Source: Dethiobacter sp.
GTDB lineage: Bacteria; Bacillota; Dethiobacteria; DTU022; UBA8154
Assembly (NCBI GenBank): GCA_003605065.1
Contig: QZJM01000020.1
Location: 19,562 to 83,561 of the forward strand
Length of the DNA: 64,000 nt
Reading direction: 5' to 3'
Under the pieces are notes generated by a model. It was not told the origin of the DNA. It was given only the letters and a program-made list of their open reading frames with translations, and did not search any database. The position numbers and the translations under genes are program-made. The stretch's first letter is position 1, and every line of letters begins with the position of its first letter. Below are positions 25,214 through 34,311 of the stretch, one piece after another.

Positions 25214-27226
25214 TTGGAAAGGCAGTTGTATAAGTTGAAGCTGGTTGTGCTCATTTCCCAAAAAGAAAGTATCTTAAGGAAAATTAAAGAGTTTATCCCG
25301 GAAGACTATATCCTCCTGGAGGGTGAACCCGGGCCGAAAGGTTTACAGCTGCTGGGGAATATAGTTTCCGGTGTTATCCTGGTGGATACCAGTATCCACG
25401 GTATTCAAATGTGGATCGGAGAGGCCTTGCGGCTGAGAGCTGATTTAACCTACCTGGGAATTGCCGATAGAGCGGCTGCTGAAAATTTTCCATTCCCATT
25501 GTTTTATGACTTCATTTCTCCGCCTTTTAATTCCCGGCAGGTAAGCAGTTTGCTCGAGCGGGCCTGGGAAAGGGGTCAGCTTAATTTTGAACTTAAGACG
25601 CTTAAAAAAAATCCCGGGGGTAATGATGTAAACAGCTCTTTAAACAGCTCTTCCTCCCATCGCCTCAAGGAGCATGTTTTGTGTGAATTCTCCAGGGCGT
25701 TGAGTAATAATTTTAACCGGAACCGTCTCCTGGAGCTTTTTATGGATGCCGTTGCAGAACTGGTACCTGTGGGGAAATTATCACTTTTGTTATTTAACGA
25801 GAACCTGAATAAGTTTATAATTTCGGCGCAAAGAGGGCTGGATCCGCTTTACTGTTCCGGATTACTGTTTAATCCTTCCTCGGGGCTGCTTGCCTGGTTA
25901 ACCGGGGAGGGACGCATCCTTCGTACCGAAGAAGCAGCGGGCTTTGCTAAAACTTCCTCAGAAGTCCTCCAGGAGATGAAGCTGCTGCAGGCTGTCGTTT
26001 GTATACCGCTGGTGGTCCATGGGCAGTTGGTGGGAACTCTTAACCTGGGTCCCAAGGTGACCGGTTCGCTGTTCTCTGACGATGAGCTTGAGGTGCTTTA
26101 TATACTGTCCGGAAATGTTGCTATGGCCTTACGAGATATTGAGCTGCATCACCAGATACGCTATCAAAAATATTTTATTGAAAATATTCTTCAGCGTATG
26201 AATAGCGGTGTTATAGCTATAAACCAGGAAAATCTGATCATAACTTTCAACTATCGCGCCGGAAAAATACTGTCTTTTCAGCCGGAAGAGGTAATGGGTA
26301 AGGATCTGCGTTGTTTGCCCAGCCCCCTTGGAGATTTGCTCTATGACACCCTTACTATGGGCAGGGTGTATCATAAAGAGGAGATTATACTGGCATTCGG
26401 GCATATTCCCCTGGAATTCAGTACCTATCAATTGCTGGATGAAGAGCGGGCTGTTGCCGGGAGTGTGATGATCTTTGATGATATATCAGAAAGAAAACAG
26501 CTGGAGGTAGAGCGCCGCCAGGCCGATCAACTGGATGTTCTTAACAAGTTTGTGGGGCAGCTGGCTCATGAAATTAAAAATCCGATGGTGGCTATACAGA
26601 CTTTTTGCGAACTTTTACCGGAAAAATATGAAGACAGCTCTTTCCGTGATTTTTTTACCCATACCGTTCGCCAGGAAGTTCAGAGGTTAAATGAACTGGT
26701 GGAGCAGCTTATTGCTTTTTCCACTTCACTTTCCTACAAGTTCATGCCTGTAGAGATTCATGAGACCCTGGACAGGGCCCTCTTAATGCTGCAGGAACAG
26801 GGTAAGGGGCAGAAGACCTCCGTTAATACTTCTTATTCACCGGATAAGTTTAACATTAGGGCTGATAAAATCTTACTGGCCAGGTCTTTTTCTTATCTCC
26901 TGAGAAACTCTTTTCAGGCTATGGAAAAAGGAGGCAGCCTTTTTATCCATACATTTTTTGATGGCTCTTTATTTGAAAATGGAGGCGTTGGTATTCACTT
27001 CTGGGATTCCGAAACAAAAACGGAGATCAGTAACGTGGAGAAATTATTTAATCCCCTTTGTGCCCGGGAGAGCGGGTATATATCCCTGGAGCTGCCGGTT
27101 TGCCGTAAAATTATTGAGGATCACGGCGGACATGTCCGAGCGTCTTTAACCAAGGACAAATATCTTAAGTTTGAGGTATATTTGCCGATATTTTCTGGTG
27201 AAGGGGGTGAAAATGTTGCCACATAA
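25214..27226 (+). CDS. paralogous cytoplasmic sensor histidine kinase (pseudo-receiver-like N-terminus, GAF, PAS, HisKA) with a degenerate ATP-binding domain
   Basis: H-box LAHEIKNPMVAIQTFCELL is present. The G1 (DxGxG) and G2 (GxGxGL) boxes of the HATPase domain are not recognisable. The TTG start is uncertain. Confidence 0.7.
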   Translation: MERQLYKLKLVVLISQKESILRKIKEFIPEDYILLEGEPGPKGLQLLGNIVSGVILVDTSIHGIQMWIGEALRLRADLTYLGIADRAAAENFPFPLFYDFISPPFNSRQVSSLLERAWERGQLNFELKTLKKNPGGNDVNSSLNSSSSHRLKEHVLCEFSRALSNNFNRNRLLELFMDAVAELVPVGKLSLLLFNENLNKFIISAQRGLDPLYCSGLLFNPSSGLLAWLTGEGRILRTEEAAGFAKTSSEVLQEMKLLQAVVCIPLVVHGQLVGTLNLGPKVTGSLFSDDELEVLYILSGNVAMALRDIELHHQIRYQKYFIENILQRMNSGVIAINQENLIITFNYRAGKILSFQPEEVMGKDLRCLPSPLGDLLYDTLTMGRVYHKEEIILAFGHIPLEFSTYQLLDEERAVAGSVMIFDDISERKQLEVERRQADQLDVLNKFVGQLAHEIKNPMVAIQTFCELLPEKYEDSSFRDFFTHTVRQEVQRLNELVEQLIAFSTSLSYKFMPVEIHETLDRALLMLQEQGKGQKTSVNTSYSPDKFNIRADKILLARSFSYLLRNSFQAMEKGGSLFIHTFFDGSLFENGGVGIHFWDSETKTEISNVEKLFNPLCARESGYISLELPVCRKIIEDHGGHVRASLTKDKYLKFEVYLPIFSGEGGENVAT

Positions 27227-28247
27227 GCCCAGAATACTGATCGTCGATGATGAACTGGGACCAAGGGAAGCGCTGAGGATGATTTTATCTGATGATTACG
27301 ATGTGGTTGCGGCCAGTAACGGGAATCAGGCCATGGAAAACCTTTCCCGGTTAGAATTTGATCTGGTGATACTGGATATCAGGATGCCCGATATCAGCGG
27401 TATTGACCTTCTGGCCGAGGTGAGGAAAAAAGCTCCGGATACGGAGGTTGTTATGATTACCGCTTATGCCTCCGTGGATACGGCTACCAATGCCCTGCGA
27501 CTCGGTGCCCTGGATTATCTCATTAAACCATTTGATCGGCATTCCGTGAAGGAGGCCGTGGAAAAAGGCCTTTCACGCCGCAGTAAAACTAAAACGCTTA
27601 AGAGTAAGCTGGACGAACTTGAGCTTGTCAACGAGTCCCTGAAAGCGGAAGCTGAAAATGCTTACAATAATATCCACAAGCATTATACGGAAACGGTGCG
27701 GTCGCTGGTAACAGCCATCGATGCTAAAGATTCCTATACCAAGGGGCACCAGGAAAGGGTCGCCATTTATGCTATGCTCCTGGCGGTGGAAGTAAATCTT
27801 TCTGTCGGTGAAATGAGCCTGCTCCAACAGGCAGCGGTACTCCATGATATAGGAAAGATCGGGGTGCTGGAGAACATTCTCAGGAAAAAAGGGCCGCTTA
27901 CACCGGAGGAGTTTAAATTAATTAAACAGCATCCTGTCATTGGGGCGGGGATTATTTCTCCTGTAGAGTTCCTTAAAGAAGCAGTCCCCATAGTTCTTCA
28001 TCATCACGAGAAATTTGATGGGACGGGCTATCCCCGGGGTCTTAAGGGTTTGCACATACCAGAAGGTGCCAGGATCATCACAATTGCCGATGCTGTAGAT
28101 GCCATGTTAACTGAACGCCCTTATGCGCAGGCTAAAACACCCTCGCAGGTAAGAGAGCAGCTGCTCCTCTGCTCGGGAACACAGTTTGATCCCCGGCTGG
28201 TAAGGATTGCTTTAAAAATAGACCTGCCTTCCAGACGTATACTCTAA
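27213..28247 (+). CDS. response regulator with an HD-GYP output domain (c-di-GMP phosphodiesterase class)
   Basis: REC domain (ILIVDDE...LVILDIRMPD) followed by HD-GYP (HHHEKFDGTGYPRGLKG). It overlaps the previous kinase by 14 nt. GGGGG RBS. Confidence 0.85.
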   Translation: MLPHKPRILIVDDELGPREALRMILSDDYDVVAASNGNQAMENLSRLEFDLVILDIRMPDISGIDLLAEVRKKAPDTEVVMITAYASVDTATNALRLGALDYLIKPFDRHSVKEAVEKGLSRRSKTKTLKSKLDELELVNESLKAEAENAYNNIHKHYTETVRSLVTAIDAKDSYTKGHQERVAIYAMLLAVEVNLSVGEMSLLQQAAVLHDIGKIGVLENILRKKGPLTPEEFKLIKQHPVIGAGIISPVEFLKEAVPIVLHHHEKFDGTGYPRGLKGLHIPEGARIITIADAVDAMLTERPYAQAKTPSQVREQLLLCSGTQFDPRLVRIALKIDLPSRRIL

Positions 28248-28281
28248 AATAAATAAATAACATAGAATATCATAAAAGATT

Positions 28282-28310
28282 CCTTAAGGAAGGTTTAAGG
28301 GTCTTTTTTT
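28282..28310 (+). terminator. probable rho-independent terminator after the signalling operon
   Basis: CCTTAA...TTAAGG hairpin followed by a T7 run. Confidence 0.5.
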
Positions 28311-28323
28311 CTTTATGGGCAGG

Positions 28324-28332
28324 TGATATAAT
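28324..28332 (+). promoter_or_regulatory. extended -10 element TGaTATAAT upstream of apgM and the pil cluster
   Basis: Sequence motif only. No clear -35. Confidence 0.3.
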
Positions 28333-28384
28333 TTTTAAATAGTAGTTTCTGCCTGTTTTTATCAGCCTGAAAGGAGATTAAACT

Positions 28385-29584
28385 GTGAAATATATAGTGA
28401 TCCTGGGGGACGGTATGCCTGATTATCCACTGGAGGAACTGGGAGGGAAGACGCCCCTGCAGTATGCCCGTACCCCTTATATGGATAAGCTTGCCAAACA
28501 GGGGGAGATGGGCATGGTCAAGACTGTACCCCAGGGCATGCCGGCGGGGAGCGACGTGGCCAACCTCTCCGTGATGGGCTACGACCCGGCAAGATATTAT
28601 ACCGGGCGCTCTCCCATCGAAGCGGTAGCTATGGGTGTAAAGCTGGCCGAAGAGGACATGGCCTTTCGCTGTAACCTGGTAACGCTTTCCGGGGAGGGGC
28701 CTTATAAAAAAAGAAGGATGCTTGATTACAGTTCCGATGAGATCAGCACCCCCGAGGCCCGGGAAATTATAGAAGAAGTAGCGGCAAGGCTGGGAAATGA
28801 AACTTTTAACTTCTATACCGGCATCAGCTACCGGCATCTGATGGTCTGGAGGGGAGGGCCGGACGGCTTTGACCTTACACCACCCCATGATATTACGGGT
28901 AAAGAGATTGCCGCCTATCTTCCCGAGGGAGAGAATGGCCCGGTATTGCTCCGGTTCATGGAAGAGAGCTGCAGCTTCCTGCCTGAGCATACTGTCAACA
29001 GGGAGCGCCAGTCCCGGGGGCTTAGACCGGCTAATTCCATCTGGTTATGGGGGCAGGGGAGGCGGCCCCGCCTGGATAGTTTTAAAGAAAAATACGGGGT
29101 GGAGGGGGCGGTTATCTCCGCCGTGGACCTTATTAAAGGCCTGGGTATCCTGGCCGGGCTGGAGGTTGTAAATGTCCCCGGAGCTACGGGGAATATAAGC
29201 ACAAATTTCCGGGGGAAGGCCCTTAAAGCTGTGGAAGCATTAAAGGAGGGCCGTGATTTTGTCTTTATTCACATCGAGGCTCCCGACGAGGCCGGACACC
29301 GGGGAGAACTGGAAATAAAAATAAGGGCCATCGAAGAGATCGACGAGAAGGTGGTGGGGGAAGTCCTGCGCGGGCTGGAGGAGTTTCCGGAGTACAGGCT
29401 CATGGTCCTCTCCGACCACCCCACCCCGCTTACACTGCGCACGCATACGGCGGAACCCGTGCCTTTCTGCATCTATAATAAGGGAGACGCTGTCAAAAAC
29501 CCGCAGGGCGAATTCAGCGAAAGCTTTGCCGCCGGAGGGGTATTCTTTCCGGAAGGTTACCGGCTGATGGATCATTTCCTCTAA
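28385..29584 (+). CDS. apgM: cofactor-independent phosphoglycerate mutase, archaeal type (ApgM family metalloenzyme)
   Basis: MKYIVILGDGMPDYP...KTPLQYARTPYMD... matches the ApgM family. GTG start with an AAAGGAG RBS. Confidence 0.85.
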   Translation: MKYIVILGDGMPDYPLEELGGKTPLQYARTPYMDKLAKQGEMGMVKTVPQGMPAGSDVANLSVMGYDPARYYTGRSPIEAVAMGVKLAEEDMAFRCNLVTLSGEGPYKKRRMLDYSSDEISTPEAREIIEEVAARLGNETFNFYTGISYRHLMVWRGGPDGFDLTPPHDITGKEIAAYLPEGENGPVLLRFMEESCSFLPEHTVNRERQSRGLRPANSIWLWGQGRRPRLDSFKEKYGVEGAVISAVDLIKGLGILAGLEVVNVPGATGNISTNFRGKALKAVEALKEGRDFVFIHIEAPDEAGHRGELEIKIRAIEEIDEKVVGEVLRGLEEFPEYRLMVLSDHPTPLTLRTHTAEPVPFCIYNKGDAVKNPQGEFSESFAAGGVFFPEGYRLMDHFL

Positions 29585-29664
29585 AAAAGGAAATTGTTTT
29601 TTAATGTTGAAATAATAGTTAAATTTAACTTAATTATTCTAGGCTGGATAAAGGTGTAAAATTT

Positions 29665-30213
29665 ATGAGTGAAAGTAAAAGTCCTTTTAAAGGGGAAATA
29701 AACTTAATCCCGGGGGATCTGCTGGCATTACGGCAGAAAAAAAGGGAAAAGTATTTCTTGTCAGTAGGGCTGTCTATAACCGTGCTTTTTTTTGTAGTAC
29801 TTTATTTTTATCCCGAAATTATAATACGCAGCTATGAGCATGATCTGGCGCACGGGAAGGAAATTCAAGACAGGGTGAAAAATCAGGAAGAGCAGTATAA
29901 ATCCTTATTATCCAGGAAAAAGGAATGTGAACATGTTGCAGAGGTATTTAAAAAAATTGAAAAGCGCACCATAAGCATCGAAGAACTTTTAAATACATTC
30001 AGTTCCGTATTGCCCCGGGATATTAAAATAGAGTCTTTTAATCTACAGGGCAATGAGAGAATCGATATTTCTTTTCAGGTTCATAATCCTGTCCAGGTTG
30101 CCGAGCTGATAGTCATTTTAAATAATTTAAAAACCTTTAGAGTGGAAAATCCTGTAAAGATGCCCCTGCGAGACCGGGAAGAAATTGTTACGTTTATTCT
30201 TTATTTCAACTAA
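29665..30213 (+). CDS. pilN: type IV pilus assembly protein PilN-like
   Basis: N-terminal EINLIP motif, one TM segment and a periplasmic domain. Same operon as pilO. Confidence 0.7.
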   Translation: MSESKSPFKGEINLIPGDLLALRQKKREKYFLSVGLSITVLFFVVLYFYPEIIIRSYEHDLAHGKEIQDRVKNQEEQYKSLLSRKKECEHVAEVFKKIEKRTISIEELLNTFSSVLPRDIKIESFNLQGNERIDISFQVHNPVQVAELIVILNNLKTFRVENPVKMPLRDREEIVTFILYFN

Positions 30214-30234
30214 ATAGTATTTACCGGAGGTAAA

Positions 30235-30885
30235 ATGGAAAGATTTATTTCAGCTTTAAAACAAAAGAGAAGGGCAGTTATCTTTCTTTCCATATTAGTA
30301 GTGGCAGCATACTTCTATATGCAGCATGTTTTTTTAAACCAAATGTTTAGATTGCAACAGGTAATCCACCAACTGGATATACAAAACGAAACTACTGCTC
30401 GCTTTTTCAGTTTGCAGGAAGAGATTTCCCGCCTGGAGGCCGAGGTGTCGGCGTATGATTTTGAAATAGCGGCGATGAAAGCTTCACTGCTCCCTTATTT
30501 GGATATACCCGGTCTGACGGTAGGACTTTACCGTCTGGTACAAGAGCACAACCTGACAGGGGATTATCTAATTTTTGACTCTTTAATTAAAGAAGAAAAT
30601 TTTAGTTACTGTACCATGGAGTTGGCTGTAATCGGAGCTAGTGAAAATGTTTATAATTTTCTCGTTGAACTGGAAAGGCCTCCCCTGAGCTTTGGTTTCG
30701 TTGATCTTCTTCTCAAAACGGCAGGAGAAAATACTTTAGAAGCCAGGCTGCTGCTGGAGGTTTATGTCCTTCCTCAACCGGAAAGCGAACCGACTCCATA
30801 CAAGTTCTTCACTGGAGAGTACGGATATCCTCATCCCTTTGATATGTTTGGGCTTGTAAGAGAAGCTGACCGGGAAGACTTTTAA
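30235..30885 (+). CDS. pilO: type IV pilus assembly protein PilO-like
   Basis: Single N-terminal TM, coiled coil, and a C-terminal domain of PilO size. Confidence 0.55.
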   Translation: MERFISALKQKRRAVIFLSILVVAAYFYMQHVFLNQMFRLQQVIHQLDIQNETTARFFSLQEEISRLEAEVSAYDFEIAAMKASLLPYLDIPGLTVGLYRLVQEHNLTGDYLIFDSLIKEENFSYCTMELAVIGASENVYNFLVELERPPLSFGFVDLLLKTAGENTLEARLLLEVYVLPQPESEPTPYKFFTGEYGYPHPFDMFGLVREADREDF

Positions 30886-30888
30886 GTT

Positions 30889-31266
30889 TTGGGAAGCACA
30901 ATCCTTTTTCTATGGCTGCTTTTCTGGCAAATATTTTACCCCTCTATGTCCCACGGATCAGCCTTGGCCGGATTTCTTACCGGGGGAGGTTTATTTTATG
31001 CTATCGCTCTTTTGAGCCGGAACGGGATGGGGGGCGGTGACGTCAAATTAATGGCTGTCCTGGGTTTGGGGGCAGGGTGGCCTTACGTGATTGTGGTAGT
31101 ACTGCTGTCATTTGTACTGGGGGCTGTTACGGATCTAGTTTTACTGGCTTTAAAACTTACCACGCGTAAATCGCCCCTGGCCTTTGCTCCTTTTCTTTCC
31201 CTGGCCTTCCTGCTGTCAACTTTCTGGGGGGCGAAGATCTGGCAGTGGTATTTTTCTTTTCTGTAA
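30889..31266 (+). CDS. short A24-family prepilin peptidase-like membrane protein (peptidase core only, TadV/CpaA-like length)
   Basis: GMGGGDVKLMAVLGLGAGW motif and about 5 TM segments. The N-terminal half of a canonical PilD is absent. TTG start with no RBS. Confidence 0.5.
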   Translation: MGSTILFLWLLFWQIFYPSMSHGSALAGFLTGGGLFYAIALLSRNGMGGGDVKLMAVLGLGAGWPYVIVVVLLSFVLGAVTDLVLLALKLTTRKSPLAFAPFLSLAFLLSTFWGAKIWQWYFSFL

Positions 31267-31386
31267 TTAATTCCCGGGGGAAATAAGATTGGAAGAGGTT
31301 TACCATGTTTAAGTTCGGACTATAATGATGACCCGTAAGATCATGGACGTTGTATAAAAATATTTCTCCTCCTTATAATACCTTTA

Positions 31387-31415
31387 TTGACAATATTTAC
31401 TTATGATGCTATACT
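31387..31415 (+). promoter_or_regulatory. sigma-A type promoter (TTGACA, 17-nt spacer, TATACT) upstream of pilB
   Basis: TTGACA at 31387-31392 and TATACT at 31410-31415. Confidence 0.5.
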
Positions 31416-31501
31416 GCTTGGTAATAATATAGGAGTTTTAAAAATTTTTTAGCGATAAAAGTCGATATTTTATTATGTTTTTCGGGGAGGAACCGCTTTT
31501 G

Positions 31502-33184
31502 ATGCGGGCAGTTAAAAAAAGGCTTGGGGACATTTTAATTGAAATCGGAGCTATTACGGAAGAACAGCTTAAGGCAGCGCTGGTGGAGCAGAAAAAAAGC
31601 AAAAAACGCCTGGGCCGGGTTCTTATTGAGAAAAATTTTCTTTCTGAAGAAAAGTTATTGAAGGGCCTGGAGGAACAGCTAAAAATACCGCGGGTTGATT
31701 TGGACAAGCTTACTATAAATACGGAAGCGGTTTACTCCATTCCTTATACGATGGCCAGGAGATATAATGTTCTTCCCGTTAAAAGGGAAGGGAAGAACCT
31801 GACTGTGGCCACAGCAGATCCGCTTAACGTTATTGCTTTTGATGATATTGCCGTACTAACCGGATGTAAAGTTTCTGCCGTTATCGCTACGGATGAAGAA
31901 ATCAGAAAGGCCATCCCTCGTTATTTCGGCTTAGCGGAATCTGCAGCGGCTGCAGGGTCGGTCTTTACAGAAGATGTCAGGGAAGAAAGCGCCTTCCCCC
32001 CGGAAGAATTTACGGAAGAGGCCCCTGTGGTACAATTGGTTAATTCGCTCCTGGATAAGGCTATTAAAGAGGATGCCAGCGATATCCACCTGGAACCGGT
32101 CGAAAAAGGCCTGAGAGTCCGCCTGCGTATCGACGGCGTTCTCCGGGATTATCCTTCACCTTCCAAAGAGGCCATGCCTTTGATTTTGTCCCGTCTCAAA
32201 ATTCAGGCTGGGATGAATATTGCGGAAAAAAGGCTTCCCCAGGATGGGAATATCCAGATGGAATGGCATAAGAAAGATATTAATATCCGTGTTTCCACCC
32301 TGCCTACCATCTACGGGGAAAAACTGGTCCTGCGCCTGCTCCACCCTGATAAAGTGATTATGCCCATTGATGTCCTGGGCTTCAACATTAAAAACCGTCA
32401 GCGCTATCTTAAGTTTTTGGATAACGCTTACGGCCTGATCCTTGTTACGGGACCCACTGGCTGCGGCAAAACAACTACCCTTTATTCCACGCTGCATTAT
32501 ATTAATAAACCCGAATTAAATATTATCACTGTCGAAGATCCCGTGGAATACAGGCTCGACGGTATTAACCAGGTCCAGGTAAATAATAAAATAAACCTGA
32601 CCTTTGCCAATGCCCTGCGCACCATGCTGCGCCAGGATCCCAATGTGATCATGGTCGGGGAGATCCGTGACGTGGAAACAGCGGAGATCGCCACCAGGGC
32701 AGCGCTTACCGGCCACCTGGTCTTCTCCACACTGCATACTAACGACGCTCCCCGGACGGTCACAAGGCTTTTGGACATGGGAGTGGAACCCTTTCTTTTA
32801 ACATCTTCACTTCTAGGGGTTGTAGCCCAGCGCCTGGTAAGGCTTACCTGCAGGAGCTGTAAAACTGAATATGTTCCCGCTGAAGAAGAGCTGGCCTTGT
32901 TCCGGGAAATAAGCGGAGATAAAGACCTTCCCGTTTTTTTCAAGGGCAGGGGATGCCAAAAATGTAATTTTTCCGGATTCAAGGGGCGTACTGCTATCCA
33001 TGAGGTCATGCCGGTAGACGGAAAAATGCGGCAGCTTATCCTCAAAAGCAGAGATACGGAGGAAATCAGGAGCCACGCCGTGGCTTTGGGCATGCAGTCC
33101 CTCATGGAGGACGGAATCCAAAAGGTCCGGGAGGGTATCACAACATTAAGTGAGCTCATGCAGGCAGCCTATAACGTCTTTTAA
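31502..33184 (+). CDS. pilB: type IV pilus assembly ATPase PilB (GspE family)
   Basis: N-terminal T2SSE_N domain, Walker A GPTGCGKTT, a tetracysteine motif and Asp/His boxes. Confidence 0.9.
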   Translation: MRAVKKRLGDILIEIGAITEEQLKAALVEQKKSKKRLGRVLIEKNFLSEEKLLKGLEEQLKIPRVDLDKLTINTEAVYSIPYTMARRYNVLPVKREGKNLTVATADPLNVIAFDDIAVLTGCKVSAVIATDEEIRKAIPRYFGLAESAAAAGSVFTEDVREESAFPPEEFTEEAPVVQLVNSLLDKAIKEDASDIHLEPVEKGLRVRLRIDGVLRDYPSPSKEAMPLILSRLKIQAGMNIAEKRLPQDGNIQMEWHKKDINIRVSTLPTIYGEKLVLRLLHPDKVIMPIDVLGFNIKNRQRYLKFLDNAYGLILVTGPTGCGKTTTLYSTLHYINKPELNIITVEDPVEYRLDGINQVQVNNKINLTFANALRTMLRQDPNVIMVGEIRDVETAEIATRAALTGHLVFSTLHTNDAPRTVTRLLDMGVEPFLLTSSLLGVVAQRLVRLTCRSCKTEYVPAEEELALFREISGDKDLPVFFKGRGCQKCNFSGFKGRTAIHEVMPVDGKMRQLILKSRDTEEIRSHAVALGMQSLMEDGIQKVREGITTLSELMQAAYNVF

Positions 33185-33196
33185 GGGGATAAAAAG

Positions 33197-34216
33197 ATGG
33201 ATATCGACGATCTGTTAAGACAGGCAGTGGACCGGAAAGCTTCTGATTTGCATTTAACTGTGGGGGCGCCTCCTATTTTAAGGTTGAATGGTGCTTTAAC
33301 TCCTGTAAATACCCTACCGCTTAAACTTGAAGATACCCGGGCGCTGGCAGAGCAGATGTTGAACAAGGAAGAATATAATTCTTTTCAGGAGAAAGGGGAG
33401 GTAGATCTATCTTACAGTATAACCGGGGTAGGAAGGTTTCGTGTCAACATTTACCGGCAGCGGGGGACGGTCAGTATCGCGGCCAGGGTTTTAAATACGG
33501 AAATTCCCACCATTTCCTCTCTTGGGCTTCCGGAGATCTTATGCGAACTGGTCAAGAGCCCGAAAGGGTTAATTCTGGTTACCGGCCCCACGGGGAGCGG
33601 AAAGTCAACCACCCTGGCCGCCATGATCGATTACATTAACGAAAACAGTGCCCTGCACATTCTGACACTGGAAGATCCCATCGAATACCAGCACAAACAT
33701 AAAAAAAGTATTGTCAACCAGAGAGAAATGGGAGCGGACAGTAAATCTTTTCCCAATGCCCTGCGGGCAGCGCTGCGTCAGGATCCTGATGTTATCCTGG
33801 TGGGAGAAATGAGGGATCTGGAAACCACTGCCATTGCCATGACCGCAGCAGAGACGGGACACCTGGTTATGGCTACGCTGCATACGATCGACGCGCCCCA
33901 GACCATTGACCGGATTATTGATGTTTTCCCTCCCAGCCAGCAGCAGCAGATCCGCGTGCAGCTCTCCAACACCCTGGCAGGGATTATCTCCCAGCGTCTT
34001 CTGCCCCGCAAAGACGGTAAGGGCAGGGTCGCGGCACTGGAAATATTAGTCAGTACTCCGGCGGTGCGCAATTTAATCAGGGAAGGGAAAATTCATCAAA
34101 TTTATTCCGTTTTACAGACCGGGTCCAAGTTTGGTATGCAGACCATGGAGAGCCACCTGCAGCACCTTTATGACAAGGGCCTGGTCAGGGATGTGGACTC
34201 CTTGAACCGGCGGTAA
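33197..34216 (+). CDS. pilT: twitching motility (retraction) ATPase PilT
   Basis: Walker A GPTGSGKST, the conserved AIRNLIREGK motif and a size of about 340 aa. Confidence 0.95.
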   Translation: MDIDDLLRQAVDRKASDLHLTVGAPPILRLNGALTPVNTLPLKLEDTRALAEQMLNKEEYNSFQEKGEVDLSYSITGVGRFRVNIYRQRGTVSIAARVLNTEIPTISSLGLPEILCELVKSPKGLILVTGPTGSGKSTTLAAMIDYINENSALHILTLEDPIEYQHKHKKSIVNQREMGADSKSFPNALRAALRQDPDVILVGEMRDLETTAIAMTAAETGHLVMATLHTIDAPQTIDRIIDVFPPSQQQQIRVQLSNTLAGIISQRLLPRKDGKGRVAALEILVSTPAVRNLIREGKIHQIYSVLQTGSKFGMQTMESHLQHLYDKGLVRDVDSLNRR

Positions 34217-34311
34217 ACAGGAAATCAAACAGGAAGCAGTTCTTTATCCGGAGCAACCGCAGTTTAAAGAAGCAGAAGAGCAGTAATTACAGGTTTTAAG
34301 GGGAGGTACCT

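Noticed and set aside
28313-28990. 225-aa minus-strand ORF.
   Set aside because: It is antisense to the clearly homologous ApgM gene, has no RBS and has skewed composition. It is spurious.
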